64,000 bases of DNA, taken from Octopus vulgaris. Taxonomy: Eukaryota. A model generated the notes under the pieces. It saw nothing but the letters and a program-made list of their open reading frames with translations. It did no database searches and was not told the DNA's origin. A program made the translations under genes and the position numbers. The stretch covers positions 78,740,001-78,804,000 of the forward strand of contig OX597822.1 in assembly GCA_951406725.2 (NCBI GenBank), in the 5' to 3' direction. Of the stretch, positions 36,683-51,240 are shown in pieces; position 1 is the first letter of the stretch, and each line of letters starts with the position of its first letter.

Positions 36683-37166
36683 TGAATAATATTCCATAAT
36701 TATTTGTTCATATAACTGATTTTTTGCTGTTTTTTTATTTAAAATATACTCTTTGTTTCTTTTTATTTTATACCTTTTATTAACTACTTTGTTTTTTTTC
36801 TAATCATTTCCCATGCTTGACTGCTAAATCTACAAGTTTTTTTATTCTCTCTGTTTATTTTCTCTCATTCCTTTCTGTTGAAGAGCATAGGCTCAAAGCG
36901 TAAAAGACTTTGTCATTTTCCTGAGTGTCAAATTAATACACCTGCTTGTTGTTCATGCATTATTTGCTTGCCTTTATTTGAGTTAGATATAATAGGGTTT
37001 AAAAAAAAATAGAGTCAAAAACACAAAAGGTTTGTTGGAAGTGTTTCATTAACTTAAAGCATAAAAAATATTAAAAGGGAAAGATGAATCAGCTGAACCA
37101 ACCAATTACTAAACTAGCAAATATATGAAATGCTTTCAAAAGGTTTCTGATTGCTGAAGTTAAGCT

Positions 37167-37562
37167 TACTCTTTACTCTTTTACTTGTTTCAGTCATGTG
37201 ACTGTGGCCATGCTGGAGCACCGCCTTTAGTCAAGCAAATCGACCCCAGGACTTATTCTTTGTAATCCTAGTACTTAATTTTGCTGAACTGCTAAGTTAT
37301 GGGGACGTAAACACACCAACATCAGTTGTAAAGCGATGTTGGGGGGGGGGGGAACAAACACAGACACACACATACGTAAATATATATGTACATATATACG
37401 ACGGGCTTCTTTCAGTTTCCGTCTACCAAATCCACTCTCAAGGCTTTGGTTAGCCCGAGGCTATAGTAGAAGACACTTGCCCAAGGTGCCATGCAGTGGG
37501 ATTGAACCCGGAACCATGTGATTCATAAGCAAGCTACTTACCACACAGCCACTCCTACGCCT
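37167..37562 (-). mobile_element. SINE family A (well preserved)
   Basis: Full-length match to the family. Confidence 0.92.
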
Positions 37563-39082
37563 ATAAGCTTCTGATTTCATGAATAGAGTTTTGAAGTAGA
37601 TGAGAGAGAAATCTTCCTAGTGATAGCACGTTTATCATAACTGTTTCCTGAAAAACTTTGTACTTATTCCTTGCATTTAGGCAAAACAGGTGCAGTAATA
37701 AAGGGTTAATTTTTTTTTTCTGTTAACTCAGAGAAACATAATTTCTTGACACTAATAAACACTGATGTAACTTATTATCTAAGAATAAGGTAGGTGTAAA
37801 GCTCTTAGATACTTGACCTAGTTTTCTTCATAATAACAGCACCTAACCGAGATTGTTCTAACTAACGTCAAATGACAAAACAATGATAACACTGCGAATG
37901 GAAGCCAAGTATAAGACGAGTCATGGCAAGTTTATTAGGTATTAGGAATATCAAAGCTTTAATCAGTTAAAGTAGTTTGATTTGTATTTTATCCACATTG
38001 TAAGGGAGAACGGTAGTCACCTTTGAGCATAGAAGCATGTAACCATGTAACCAATCCACCTAAACACAGAGGCATGTAACCAGAAAGTAACGAGTATAAC
38101 ACAATACGACAAAGTAGATGCAGGTGTGGATGTGTGGTAAGAAGTTTGCTTCCCAACCATATGGCTCCAGGTTCAAGTCCCACTGCGTGGTAACTTGAGT
38201 AAGTGTCTTCTGCTATAGCCCCAGGTCAATCAGTACCTAGTGTGTTGATTTGGTAGACAGAAAATGAAAGAGGCTTCTGTGTGTGTGTGTGTTATTGTCT
38301 ACTTGCTTTGTTAGTTGTTAATGAATGTCACCATCATGCAAGTAGTGTCCATTTCGGATCTCCTATGAAAACACATCTTGAGAAGGGGAAATAATACCTT
38401 GCTTGGCATGGAGGGTGGGGATTACAACTACCAGCCATCTGGTTATGTAACATGTAGTACTGGTTACATGATACCCATAACAGGATTTTCCTGACCTGAA
38501 CATTTCCAAAATCCATAAAAGATGTTTATCTCAGGACAAATGGGTGACAGTTGGCAACAGGTGGGGGTTGGTATCTGACTATAGAAAATCTACCTCAACA
38601 AATTCTGTCCAATTCATATGAGCATGGAAAAGTGGATGTTAGAACAATGATGATGCCAACGATTTTTGTTTGATGCTTTAAACGATCCTGCTATCCCCAC
38701 CAGTGTGTGTGTAAATTAACAGCAAAGTTATATAAAGCATTTGTCAACACTTCTGACAAATCTTCAGTATGAAATTCTAGGCCTTTGAGAACGAGAAACT
38801 TATGCAGCACCAAAACTAATAAATAATATACATACTCTGCTTTATGAATTGATGTCTTTTCTTCCCAATTGTAAAACAAAACCAATATAAGTAGGAACAG
38901 TCATGGCTAAAAGATGTTCAATCAAAGGTTTGCTTAATCAAAGTTAACCAAGGATTAAACAACAGACAGTCATAAAAAATAAAGCAAGCATAAAAAGACA
39001 TATATATGTGTGTAGGTATCCAGTATGTGCAACTGGGCCTATATTTAAAATAGACATTTAAGTATCATACTTAATGTATATA

Positions 39083-39490
39083 CACTGTTAAAAGCCAGTT
39101 GCTGCAGTATATGACCTAAGTCTGTCTACTTGCTCTATGCCACATCATTCATGGATATCAACTCCAACTTGAAAACACAATGTCTTTTATTGGAGTTTTT
39201 GTGAGACACCACTCATGTGGATAGCTGTTGGTACACAATGAGATCAACTGTCCTTTGACAAATTTTGTTTTCCGTCTTGCTGAGTGTCCACAACACACTC
39301 TTCACCTGGCAAGCCAGATGAGTGGGAGATGGAGGAGGTGGAGCTTACAACTACCAGCCATCTGGTTATGTAACATGTAGTACTAGTTACATGTTACCCA
39401 TAGCAGGATTTTCCTGACCTGACCATTTCCAAAATCCATAAAAGATGTTATCTCAGGACAAATCCTGCAGCAACTGGCCTATTAACTATG
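39083..39490. mobile_element. TIR-bounded non-autonomous DNA transposon
   Basis: gttaaaagccagttgctgcagtatatgacctaag ... ctcaggacaaatcctgcagcaactggcctattaac inverted termini. Confidence 0.7.
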
Positions 39491-40009
39491 TATATATTTT
39501 ATCACTGATACATAAATGGTTGTGAATGTTGGTGTTTGTGTATATACACACACATACACATCTAACTGCCAGTGACACATAAAAGGCACCTGTGCCAGTG
39601 ACACTAAAAGGTACTTACTACACTCTTGGATTGGTTGGTGTTAGGAAAGGCATCCAGCCATAGAAACCATGCCAAATCAGACTGGAACCTGGTGCAGCTA
39701 TCTGGCTTATCAATTCCAGTCAAACCATCTAACCCATGCCAGCATGGAAAGTGGACGTTAAATGATGCAGATGAGGGTGGTATATTTTGAAAGTGTACTA
39801 GTTTTGTAAGTGACTTTATTTGAAACCATTTGTTGAACCTAAAACACCTACAGCATGGAAAATACATTTGAGCCAGTCCAAAACACTGTGTCAGAGAAGA
39901 GGTAGCACTCAGTGCAATGAAAATTTGGAGACCATGTAATAAATATTTAAATGAAATTAGCAGTTTTTTGTGTGTCTTTCAAAGGTTAGTGTCTTCTGCA
40001 CTGCAACTG

Positions 40010-40045
<36 letters not shown>

Positions 40046-40931
40046 AAGAAAGAAAGAAAGAAAGAAAGGAAAGGAAAGATGGATGGATACACACCCACAC
40101 ACACACACACCTGAGAGGATCTCGCACAATTTCTTAACGAATTTCACCCCCAAGTCTTTGGTTGACTGCAGGTTAAAAGTGCTTAGTGATGGGATCAAAT
40201 GTAGAACCACATGACTGCAAAATGAGTTTTTTTAAGCATAGAACCATGACAGTTCCTGTAACTCATATAAATCTATATATTTCATTTTTGTTTTTTTTGT
40301 TTTTATGACACTAATTAATCCAAACTAGCTTAAGTAGGATAGGTTTCAACAGAGAAACTGCTTTTCCAGCTGGAGAGATTGTTTTAACAGAGAGGAATCT
40401 GTTTGTGCGAGAACACTCACAACACTCACACACACACACACACCCGAGCAAGCAGTACCCAACAATGTCACTCTAAAAATAAATCACATCACTGAAATTT
40501 TGTATCTATGAGATAATGCATGATTAGTTCAAAACAATCTTTTATTCTTTACTTGTTTTGGTTATTAGATTGTGGCCATGCTGGGGCACCGCCTTGAAGA
40601 GTTTTTGGTCGAACAAGTCGACCCCAATACTCTTTTTATTTTCTAAGCCCAGTATTTATTTGATCCCTTTTGCTGAACTGTTAAGTTATAAGGACATAAA
40701 CAAACCAACAGCAGATGTCAAATGCTGGTGTGGGACAAACACACACATGCGCGAGTTTCTGTCTACCAAATCCAATCAGAAGGCCTTGGCTGACCCAAGG
40801 CTATAGTGGAACACACTTACTCAAGATATCATACAGTGAGACTGAACCTAGAACTATGTGGTTGGGAAGTACAGCCACCTTCACCTGACAATGAATAAAG
40901 CATTACATTTGACAAGAGTAATCCTGAATGC

Positions 40932-41341
40932 TACTCTTTTACTTGTTTCAGTCATTTGATTTCGGCCATGCTGGAGCACCACCTTTAGTCAAGCAAATCG
41001 ACCCCAGGACTTATTCTTTGGAAGCCTAGTACTTATTCTATCAGTCTCTTTTGCTGAACCGCTAAGTTACGGGGACGTAAACACACCAGCATCTGTTGTC
41101 AAGTGATGTTGGGGGGACAAATACAGACACACAAACATATACACACACATACACACACACACACACACATATATATACGATGGGCTTCTTTCAATTTCCG
41201 TCTACCAAATCCACTCACAAGGCTTTGGTTGGCCCGAGGCTATCGTAGAAGACTCTTGCCCAAGGTGCCACGCAGTGGGAATGAACTCGGAACCATGTGG
41301 TTGGTAAGCAAGCTACTTACCACACAGCCACTCCTGCACCT
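40932..41341 (-). mobile_element. SINE family A (well preserved)
   Basis: Full-length match to the family. Confidence 0.92.
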
Positions 41342-41529
41342 GTAAAAGATTAAACTTAAAACACCCAAAGAGAAAGTTTTCCTTTGCTATTTGCTTGAAT
41401 AATCTCAGGTTATTTAAGTTTTACAACTCACTAAACTATATGACATATGTGAGGCTTCTATCACCAGACATGTTTGTTTAGTATTCTTCTATAAATCCCA
41501 CAGCCACACTGACCTTTTATAATCCTTTT

Positions 41530-41736
41530 TTACTGGAAGCACAAGGCCTCAAATCTGGGGGAAGGGATTAAGTCGATTACATCAACCCCAGTACACAATT
41601 GGTACTTAATTTATTGACCTTGAAAAGATGAAAGGCAACGTCGACCTTGGCAGAATTTGAACTCAGAACATAGTGGCAAATGAAATATCGCTAAGCATTT
41701 CACCTGGTGTGCTAACAATTCTGCCAGCTTGCCGTC
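41530..41736 (-). mobile_element. SINE family B
   Basis: Matches 51241-51461. Confidence 0.85.
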
Positions 41737-42090
41737 TATATGTACATGTTATAATGGAAGCTATAACAATTATTTAACAAGGGTGTTATAAATGACTGGC
41801 TTTATTTAGCACAGTGGTTCTCAACAGGGGTCTATATGGCCCTTTAGGGCCCCCATATAAGGTTTTGTTGTAAACATTTATGAAAGAAATAGGTTAGATT
41901 TCTACAATATACAAAATATTTTAACAATTCTTTTTACACAATTTTTAATAATATTTAATTATAAAAAATATGATAGAATTTTTTAAACATCAAATGGTAA
42001 TGAGGGTTCACCCGAATAAAATAGGAATCAAAGGAGTCCATAGACAAATCCTTAATTTAGGAGTTTTCGTTCTTGTAATTTTAGTGTTTC

Positions 42091-42313
42091 ACCCTTTAGC
42101 ATTCAGATTTCTCTGTCAAATGTAATGTTTATTTATTCACATTGTTTTGAATTAATCATGCATCATCTTGCAGCTTTGAGATTTTCATGTTATTGCTTAT
42201 TTTTAGAAGGACCTTGTAGGGCAGAGTGTGAGAGTTTGCATCTGGCTGGTTTGAACATAAAACAAGGAGAATATTTAGGTCCGATTTGGCCCGTTTAAAT
42301 GCTTAAAGGGTTA
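42091..42313. mobile_element. piggyBac-like MITE
   Basis: CCCTTTAGCATT ... AATGCTTAAAGGG|TTAA termini. Relatives at 43140-43280, 43285-43513, 58985-59202 and 5160-5260. Confidence 0.75.
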
Positions 42314-42976
42314 ACCCAAAGCTGGTCCTGATCAAGCAGATATATAGCCAAAGGCATTCCAACCATGGCTATCTTGTCTTCTGTATATTTTGGGTTACAT
42401 AGAGTGCAGCAATGTGCCCTTCACTTTTTAAAATTTTACGGCATGACAGAGACTTGGCTGCTATTTCTAGTTGGTAAAGTGACCACCTACAAGCTCTATC
42501 ATTAACTGATATATCTACAACAGATGCTTCAAACCACTGTGCAATGAAACACTTGTTTGCTGCATATGGTAAGCATGTGGCATGGCACTGCATATGGTGT
42601 AACATATGGTGTGCAGGTGTTCTGTAAGATTTTGACTTTTTAATGTTAGAGTGCTTCTAACACATAGCACTGGTGCATGTGTATTTTGTTTTATTTGTTT
42701 TAGTCATTGGTTGATGGTGGTCATGCTGGAGCACAGCCTTGAAGAGTTGGTTCAGCAAATTGACTCCGATACTTACTGCTTTAAAGTTTGGTACTTATTC
42801 TGTCAGCCTGTTTTAACATAACTGCTAAGTTAGAAAGATATAAACAAACCAACACTTGTCAAGCAGTGGTGGGGCTCAAACACAACAAACACACATACAT
42901 ATTTTTTATACATATTTTATGTGTGTGTGTGTGTGAGTGTGTGTGTGTGTGTACATATATATACACATATACATTT

Positions 42977-43110
42977 ATTCTTAAACAAGAATATTGTCAG
43001 CAGTGTCTTCAAAGTCTTGACCAGTTAAGCCATTCACCATTGGCAGTCCAATGATGGCTTAACTGGCCAAAACTTCAAAGTCACTGTAGACAATATTCTT
43101 GCTTAAGAAT
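42977..43110. repeat. ~134-bp palindromic element
   Basis: attcttaaacaagaatattgtc...gacaatattcttgcttaagaat; second copy at 49443-49572. Confidence 0.85.
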
Positions 43111-45834
43111 GAATTTGCACTCAACAAAAGTATAGGATAACCCCTTGGATTAATGTAAAATTGTTTTTATTACAACTAAATATTGAAATTTCATGGCTAT
43201 GAGATAAAACAGGATTAATTCAGAACTACAAGTAAATAAACATTACATTCAACAGAGCAATCTGAATGTTAAAGGGTTAAACTTGGCCCCTAAGCATTTT
43301 AATCAGTCATATCCAGCCCAAATATTCTACTTGTTTTGTGCTCAAACCAACCAAATTTGACCTCTCACACCAACCCTACAATGTTATTCTAAAAATAAAC
43401 TATCACATCATTGAAACCTCAAAGCTACAAGATAACGCATGATTAATTAGAAAATAATGTGAGTAAATAAAGCATTACATTTAACAGAGTAATCTGAATG
43501 CCAAAAGGGTTAAACACCCAAAAGAGGAAGTTTTTTCTTTGCTATTTATTTGAATAATCTCAGTTTATTTCTAAGTTTTACAACTCACTAAATTACATCA
43601 CATATGAAAGGCTTCTATTACACATGTTTAGCATTCCTTTGTAAATCAATGCAGCTGGACAAAAGATAATCCTTCCCCCACTTTCTCAATTTAATGCAGA
43701 TTCTTTACACCCACTGCCCAGGCTTCATTCACAACCGAATGGCATTATATTTCCTGCAGATATATCATATTGCCTGCTTTTTAGAATTTTGCCAATAAGA
43801 GCCGCTTGTCCTTGAATATCTTCTACAGCCTTCTCTCATAACACTAGTAACAATAGTATCAGATGTGGTAATGAACACACAGCCTCCTCTTCTCTTCTGC
43901 ACTCCCCCCACCATCTTCCCCAGCTCTTGGTTGTCTGTCATTCCCTACATCCACCCTTCAAACCTACCCAATTTTCAGTGTCGCTGCCTAGCTCCTGTTC
44001 CCCATCTTTTGATCCTTCGTACATGCTTGCAAACACCCACCCATCCACACTCCTAGTTCCTCTGTTCCTACTTACTCCTGCTCACAATGTACTTTCAAGG
44101 GCCACCTGGACTTGCAACTCTTTCTAGTCATTCTAACCCTTTTTTCTAAACATGAGTGACTACAGCTCCTGTACAAGAAGAACCTGCTCACCCAGTTTCT
44201 TTTCTTTCATACTTCAATCCCCACCTCATCTCTTTGCATAAAGCTCTATCCCCACCTCAGGTTTCCTAGTCTTGCCAGGTAGATGGCAATCTTGCTAATG
44301 ACAGTGGCATGGAAAAAATCACTCTGTACACACTGCAAAGTGGTAGGTGTTAGGAGGGCATCCAATTATAGAAGTCATGCCAAAGCAGACACTGGAGCAT
44401 GATGCAGTCCTTAGAACCACCAGAGCCTGTCAAACTGTCCAACCCATGCCAGCATGGAACATGGACATTAAATGAGGACGATGATGATGATGATAAATGG
44501 TATTACAGTATCAACTGTCAACAGTCTCCGCAGTTTGTTGACAACACATTTCTTATGACAGGATATAATGCAAACTGCCGACAGTCTCTCAGCCTTATCT
44601 GACACAGTCATCTACACTTAGATGCAATTAGATGACTATATCCCTTTGCAAGCTCCGCAGGAATTTACTGAATGATCTCCAACCCAGGATAAAGCTTCTA
44701 TGTCAGGAATCAGGAACCTCTCACTTGCTTTCACATTTGAAAGTGTTCAATGGCAAAATTTCTAGAAGTCCATATGAAAGAAAAAAAAAGAAAAAGTTTA
44801 ATGTTAAGACCCAAAGAGTAATTTAACAGCAGCTGCACACATTTGAATTAGTAAATTTAACAATTCATTATTTTTCTCAGTACAGATGCACCTCAACAAA
44901 TTCATGTGTGCTTGCAATTCAACCCGGTATCTAAATAAATAACTTCCCCTTCATCACACTACTCTATGTGGTAATTCAACTTGCTAGAAAAAATAGTCAA
45001 ATTTCCCTCAAATCACTCCAGATCATTTTGGCAAATGAGAAAGCCAATTTGGATAATGTAGTTGTTGAGCAATCAATCCATCCATTTGGATACTGTGAAT
45101 GTTTTATCTTGGTTGTTCATGTATAATGATAACGGCAAAATTCAACATGAACAAACATTCACAGTATCCAAGTGCAATGATGACAGATGTAGAATGTGTT
45201 AGTCAATACATGCACACCGGTAGATCCATTAGAACAAAAAATGGACAGCTTTTCCACAAATGCAGATATGGACTGCAAAAGCAGAAATTTGATCTACTGC
45301 ATTAAATAAGTTTGCTCATTCATAACACCATTATATGTAAACCACAAGCTAATTGGTTAAAATAAAGCCAGGATCTATGCCAGTAATATCAGTGTGCCCA
45401 GCAAACCGTGACATTTAGGCTGCATGCTGATTAGTCAAAACTATATTAAAAAAATTCAGCTTGTCAGAGCCTTCTAAAAGGTATAAAAAGGAAGGAGTCA
45501 GTCATTTTACTAAGGTTGTCAAGCGCTAAACTCAACTGCCAGTCAATACATTTTGAAATTTGATGATTACTACGAACATATGAAGGTGCTAATTGAACTT
45601 TATGAGCATTACAAAATATTTTTTTAATGTTTCACACACTTGAACATCGTAAAAAAATTGTTTTTTAAATACAATAATTAAAAACCAGACCATGTTGTTA
45701 CTTTATTCAACTAATATATTTTTCTAAACACATTTACTTAAATTTGGGAAAGGAAAATATATACGCACACACACACACTTAGTCAAATACACATTGTGTG
45801 TGTGTGTATATATATACATATATATATATATACA

Positions 45835-45908
<74 letters not shown>

Positions 45909-45912
45909 CATA

Positions 45913-45975
<63 letters not shown>

Positions 45976-46086
45976 CCAAATATGTCTGCATGAATATATA
46001 TGTTTATGTGTATATATGTACATATATGTATTATGTATATGAATGTATATGTGTGTATGGATGTTTGTGTGTATGTATCCATATAT

Positions 46087-46990
46087 GGAGTGGCTGTGTG
46101 GTAAGAAGCTTCCTTCCCAACCACATGGTTTCGTGTTCAGTCCCACCGCATGGCACCTTGGGTAAGTGTCTTCTAATCTAGCCTCAGGCCAACCAAAGCC
46201 TTGTGAGTGGATTTAGTAGACTGAAGCTGAAAGAAGCCTGTTGTGTATATATATATATAAGCCCTTATCGTTTGTTTATATATATAAGCCCTTATCGTTT
46301 GTTTTTACTGTGTTATTCTCCTTGTCCTGTCTTTTACTGTTTTTATTTGTATTGCTTTTACTGTCTTGTTTTGCTTTTACTGTCCTGTTCTTGTCACCAT
46401 TTTTACCCCTCCGCAAAAAATCCCAAATTTTATTTAATTTGCTTTGCAGGAAGGACAAAGCAAGTCATGTCTTGCCCTTACCTTCGAAACATGGAGTAGT
46501 TGAAGCAGTGGCAGCTGAAGAAGGGGAATGTTCCTTGTGTTGTATGTCTTGTACTCGGATTTTTCGTTGTTTGAAAAAGTCCGTTTCCATATGTTTGTTT
46601 TCATGTTTTCGTTTTTCGTTGTGTTCTAAGTTTTTTTGGTGTCCTGTACCCATATATGCATGTATATATACATATAGATGTAGGTATGTACATATATGTA
46701 TGTATGTATGCATATGTTTTATTTATTAATTTGTTATTATATATATATATATATGTATGTATGTGTGTATGTATGTAGTAGATATTTGTGTGTGTCTGTG
46801 TTTGTCCCCTCACCATCACTTGACAACCGATGTTGGTGTGTTTACGTCCTTGTAACTTAGCGGTTGGCAAAAGTGACTGATAGAGTAAGTACTAGGCTTA
46901 CAAAGAATAAGTCCTGGAGTCAAATTGTTCGACTAAAGGCTCAAGCATGGCCACAGTCAAATGACTGAAACAAATAGGAGAATAAAAAGT
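46087..46990 (+). mobile_element. SINE family A interrupted by a ~400-bp T-rich insert
   Basis: Head 46087-46245, tail 46785-46990, insert ~46260-46652. Confidence 0.85.
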
Positions 46991-48607
46991 ACATATATAT
47001 AAGAAGGGCTGGGGTTATTAAAATTCCATCAAGGATTACATGTAACTATAGATGATTGTTTGTACGTAAATACATGTATGTGTGTGTGTGTGTAACTATT
47101 TATATGAAAGTTTGCGTATTATATATACATTTGTATACATAGATATATGCATGTGTGGATGTATGTATGTGTATAAATATATAATATACACACAACTGTT
47201 TATGTATGTGTGTGCATATATGTGTGTATATATATACACACACATATATATATATACACATATACATATACTTACACACATATACATATATATATACTTA
47301 CATATACATCATCATCATCATTTAACGTCCGCTTTCCATGCTAGCATGGGTTGGACGGTACATATATATACATATATACATACACACATATACATATATA
47401 TATATATATATATACATACATACATACATATATATATATATACATACATACATATATATATATATATACATACATACATACATATATATATATATATACA
47501 TACATACATACATATATATATATATATACATACACACATACACACACATATACACACACACACACTTACATATACACACACACACACTTACACGTACACA
47601 TGTATGTATGTATGTATGTATGTGTATATTCTTCTCTCTTTATAACTACTTTTACCAAATTGACTAGTTTTTCACAAATTCTTCTAATTACGCAATTATA
47701 TCAAATTACATCTGAATTTCTAGAACATGCCACAAGACACATGATTATGTTACACAAGTAGTGTTTGTTTGTGCAATATGTAACCATTTGCCTTAACTTT
47801 ATACTTCCATTCATATGTCAGATGGAGTTTAAAAATATTAAATTAGCGTCATGACTTCACTGATATTTCATTTTGTCAGTGATGGAAAGATGAAAGCAAA
47901 GTCACCTTCACTAGGATTTGAACTCAGATATAACAGCTTTAACTATAGCTAGATACTGCAAGCATTTTGTTGAGCAATTCAGCTTGGCCATATACATCCT
48001 GGTTGAACAGTTGTATGGTCCACAGCAGTCTATTTGAGATCAATACAGGCCATCCAAAGTTTGATTTTATTTCATCTAATTGATCGATATATCTTTTAAC
48101 TTTTACAGATTTCAGCCAGAGGCTGAGGCCATGCTGGTGCACCGTTGTAAGAAGCTTGCTTCTGAGTTCAATCACACTGCGTGGCACCATGGGCAACTGT
48201 CTTGGTAGATGGACACTGAAAGAAGCCTGTAATGTATGTACGTGTCTGTGTTTGTTCCCCGATCCTGCCATCACTTAACAACCGATGTTGGTGTGTTTAC
48301 ATCACCAAAATGTAGCAGTTTGGCAAAAGACACTGATAAAGTACTAGGCTTACAAAGAATAAGTCCTGGGGTCGATTTGTTCAACTAAGGGCGGTGCTCC
48401 AGCATGGCCGCAGTCAAATGACTGAAACAAGAATGCATATCCATCCATTCATAAACACACACATCTTTTATCTTTCATTTGTTTGATACTTTAGTGTGGC
48501 CATGCTGGGGCACTGCCATGATGGGTTTTACTCGAACAAATCAACCCCAGGACTTATTTTTTTAAAGACTAGTACTTATTTTATTTGTCTCTTTTGATGA
48601 ACCACTA

Positions 48608-49111
48608 AGTTATAGGGATATACAGTGTACAGAGATGTAAACACACCACCACCAGTTGTTAAGCAATGGTGGGAGATAAACAGAGACACATATACAGACA
48701 TACATACATATATCATCTTCATTTAACATCCGTTTTCCATGCTGGCCTGGGTTGGACAGTTTGACTAAAGTCTGGAGAGCCAGCAGCTGCACCAGGCTCC
48801 AATCTGATCTGGCAATGTTTCTACAGCTTGATGCTCTTCCTAACGCCAACCACTCCAAGAGTTACAGGGATATACAGTGTACAGAGATGTAAACACACCA
48901 CCACCAGTTGCTAAGCAATGGTGGGAGATAAACAGAGACACATATACAGACATACATACATATATCATCTTCATTTAACATCCGTTTTCCATGCTGGCCT
49001 GGGTTGGACAGTTTGACTAAAGTCTGGAGAGCCAGCAGCTGCACCAGGCTCCAATCTGATCTGGCAATGTTTCTACAGCTTGATGCTCTTCCTAACGCCA
49101 ACCACTCCAAG
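48608..49111. repeat. Near-identical tandem duplication, 2 x 252 bp, spanning a SINE/RTE-tail junction
   Basis: 48608-48859 versus 48860-49111, about 2 differences. Confidence 0.95.
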
Positions 49112-49442
49112 AGTGTAGTGGGTGGTTTTTATATGTATGCCTGTCAAATATATATATATATGTCATATATATATATGTCATATATATATATATGACAAGC
49201 TTCTTTTAGTTTCCATCCACCAAATCCACACACAAGGCTTTGGTCAGCCCGAGGCGATGTTAGAAGATACTTGCCCAAGGTGCCACACTGGAACTGAACC
49301 TGGAACAATGTGGTTGAGAATAAGCTTCTTACCACATTCACACACACACTTTAGGTTTGTTTCTAATGTTCTGTCATAATACAAAACAACTTTGCATTAA
49401 TCTGATGGGTTACTCTATACTTGTGTGGAGTACAAATGTGCT

Positions 49443-49572
49443 ATTCTTCAACAAGAATATTATTGACAGGGACCTTGAAGTTTCGACCAGCTAGGCACTC
49501 GTTGGCAATTCAACAATGGCTCAGCTGGCAGAAGCTTCAAAGTCACTATCATTAATATTCTTGTTGAAGAAT
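49443..49572. repeat. ~130-bp palindromic element (same family as 42977-43110)
   Basis: attcttcaacaagaatatta...taatattcttgttgaagaat. Confidence 0.85.
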
Positions 49573-49812
49573 GATAAATAAATATCAATATTTTTTTTAT
49601 ATTTTCTTGCTCATTCCCTTGCATTCATACCAATGGTTGAATATAGAGAATAAATTGCATTTTTCTAGCATTGGTGATGGTCACTTCCAGTAACCTCTAA
49701 CTATAATTATATCTTTTTAATTATATACTTTAAAAAAATTAATGTTACTTATACAGTCATTTTCAAGTGCTAGGTTACTTATATAATTATTTTATGATTA
49801 TATATATATATA

Positions 49813-50379
49813 CTTTTATTCTTTTACTTGTTTCATTCATTTGACTGCAGCCATGTTGGAACACTGCCTTTAGTCGAACAAACTGATCCCAGGACTTATT
49901 CTTTGTAAGCCTAGTCCCCCACTATCTATCTCTTTTGCCAAACTGCTAAGTTATGGGGACGTAAACACACCAACATTGGTTGTCAAGCAATGGCAGTGGG
50001 GGACAAACACAGACATATACATACATACATACATATATAGGGAGAATTCACAAAAAAAAACAAAAGGCGAAGATAGGTGATGTAGACAACAAACAGATGT
50101 ATTAGTATAATGCTTGGGAAGTGAAAGAGTCATTAACATTTCGAGCCTACGCTCTTCCACAGAAAGGAACACAAAAAGAAACAAGGAGAGAAAATAAAGA
50201 ATGTGTAGTGGCTAGCAATGCAACGAGCTTCTTTCAGTTTCCATCTACCAAATCCACTCACATGGCTTTGGTTGGCCTGTGGCTATAGTAGAAGAAACTT
50301 GCCTAAGGTGCCACGCAGTGGGACTGAACCCAGAACCATGTGATTGGGAAGCGAGCTTCTTACCACACAGCTACGCCTG
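49813..50379 (-). mobile_element. SINE family A with an H2 element inserted in its central microsatellite
   Basis: SINE tail 49813-50035, H2 copy ~50040-50220, SINE head 50222-50379. Confidence 0.88.
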
Positions 50380-51240
50380 ATATATATATATATTTACTTA
50401 TACCACATTTACCTAAACACACACACACACACATATACCATATTTATCTAAATACAAGTAAACATAATGGGCACTTGAGATCTGCAACATTTATATAAAT
50501 AATCGCAAATGGGTGTGCCAAATATATATCCTCAGATATATTAACAATAAGAATACTATATAACAACTTCTTAAGCATTATATGAGCCTGCTAATTAAAC
50601 AAAACCAAATTACTAATAGTTACCCAACTGAATAAAAACCTAGTATACACAAATTAGTTTTACAGTACCAGATGCCAAAGAGTAGCTAGCAATTGAAGCA
50701 CCAGTAATGGGTGTTCTTTCTAACACTCCAAAGGCTCTATAGAAGTTGCTGATTGCTTCTGTTGCCAAGGCAACTTAATCAACAGTGGAGAAGGGGGTTA
50801 GGAAAGTTTAGCAGCCATAATAGGAACAGGATGGAGGGGGAAAAAAAACCAAAAAAAAAACCAGGCATTTATTACCTCTGCTGACATCAAGTGGATTCTC
50901 TCTTTGAGTATAAGGTAGACCATGAAGGATAGACTGTCTGATGAAATCAAGACAAAGCTTTATAGAAGCATTAACTGATACATCTAGTTTAACTAATAAC
51001 CTCCTGAACATGAATCCTTTTCCAGATAAAGCAACATTTCAAGCTTTTTTTTTTCTTCCATAAGACAATTCTATAAATATATAGAAATATGGCCTGAGTG
51101 AAGGTAGAGAGTAAACAGCCTGGATGTGCATTGTTAGTATGTGTGAAAGATGAGGTACAGATAAGCTCAGAGAAAAGATAGGGATAAGCACAATTCAATG
51201 CACTATGCTATAGAAACAATTGGATTAGTATGAATTATAC

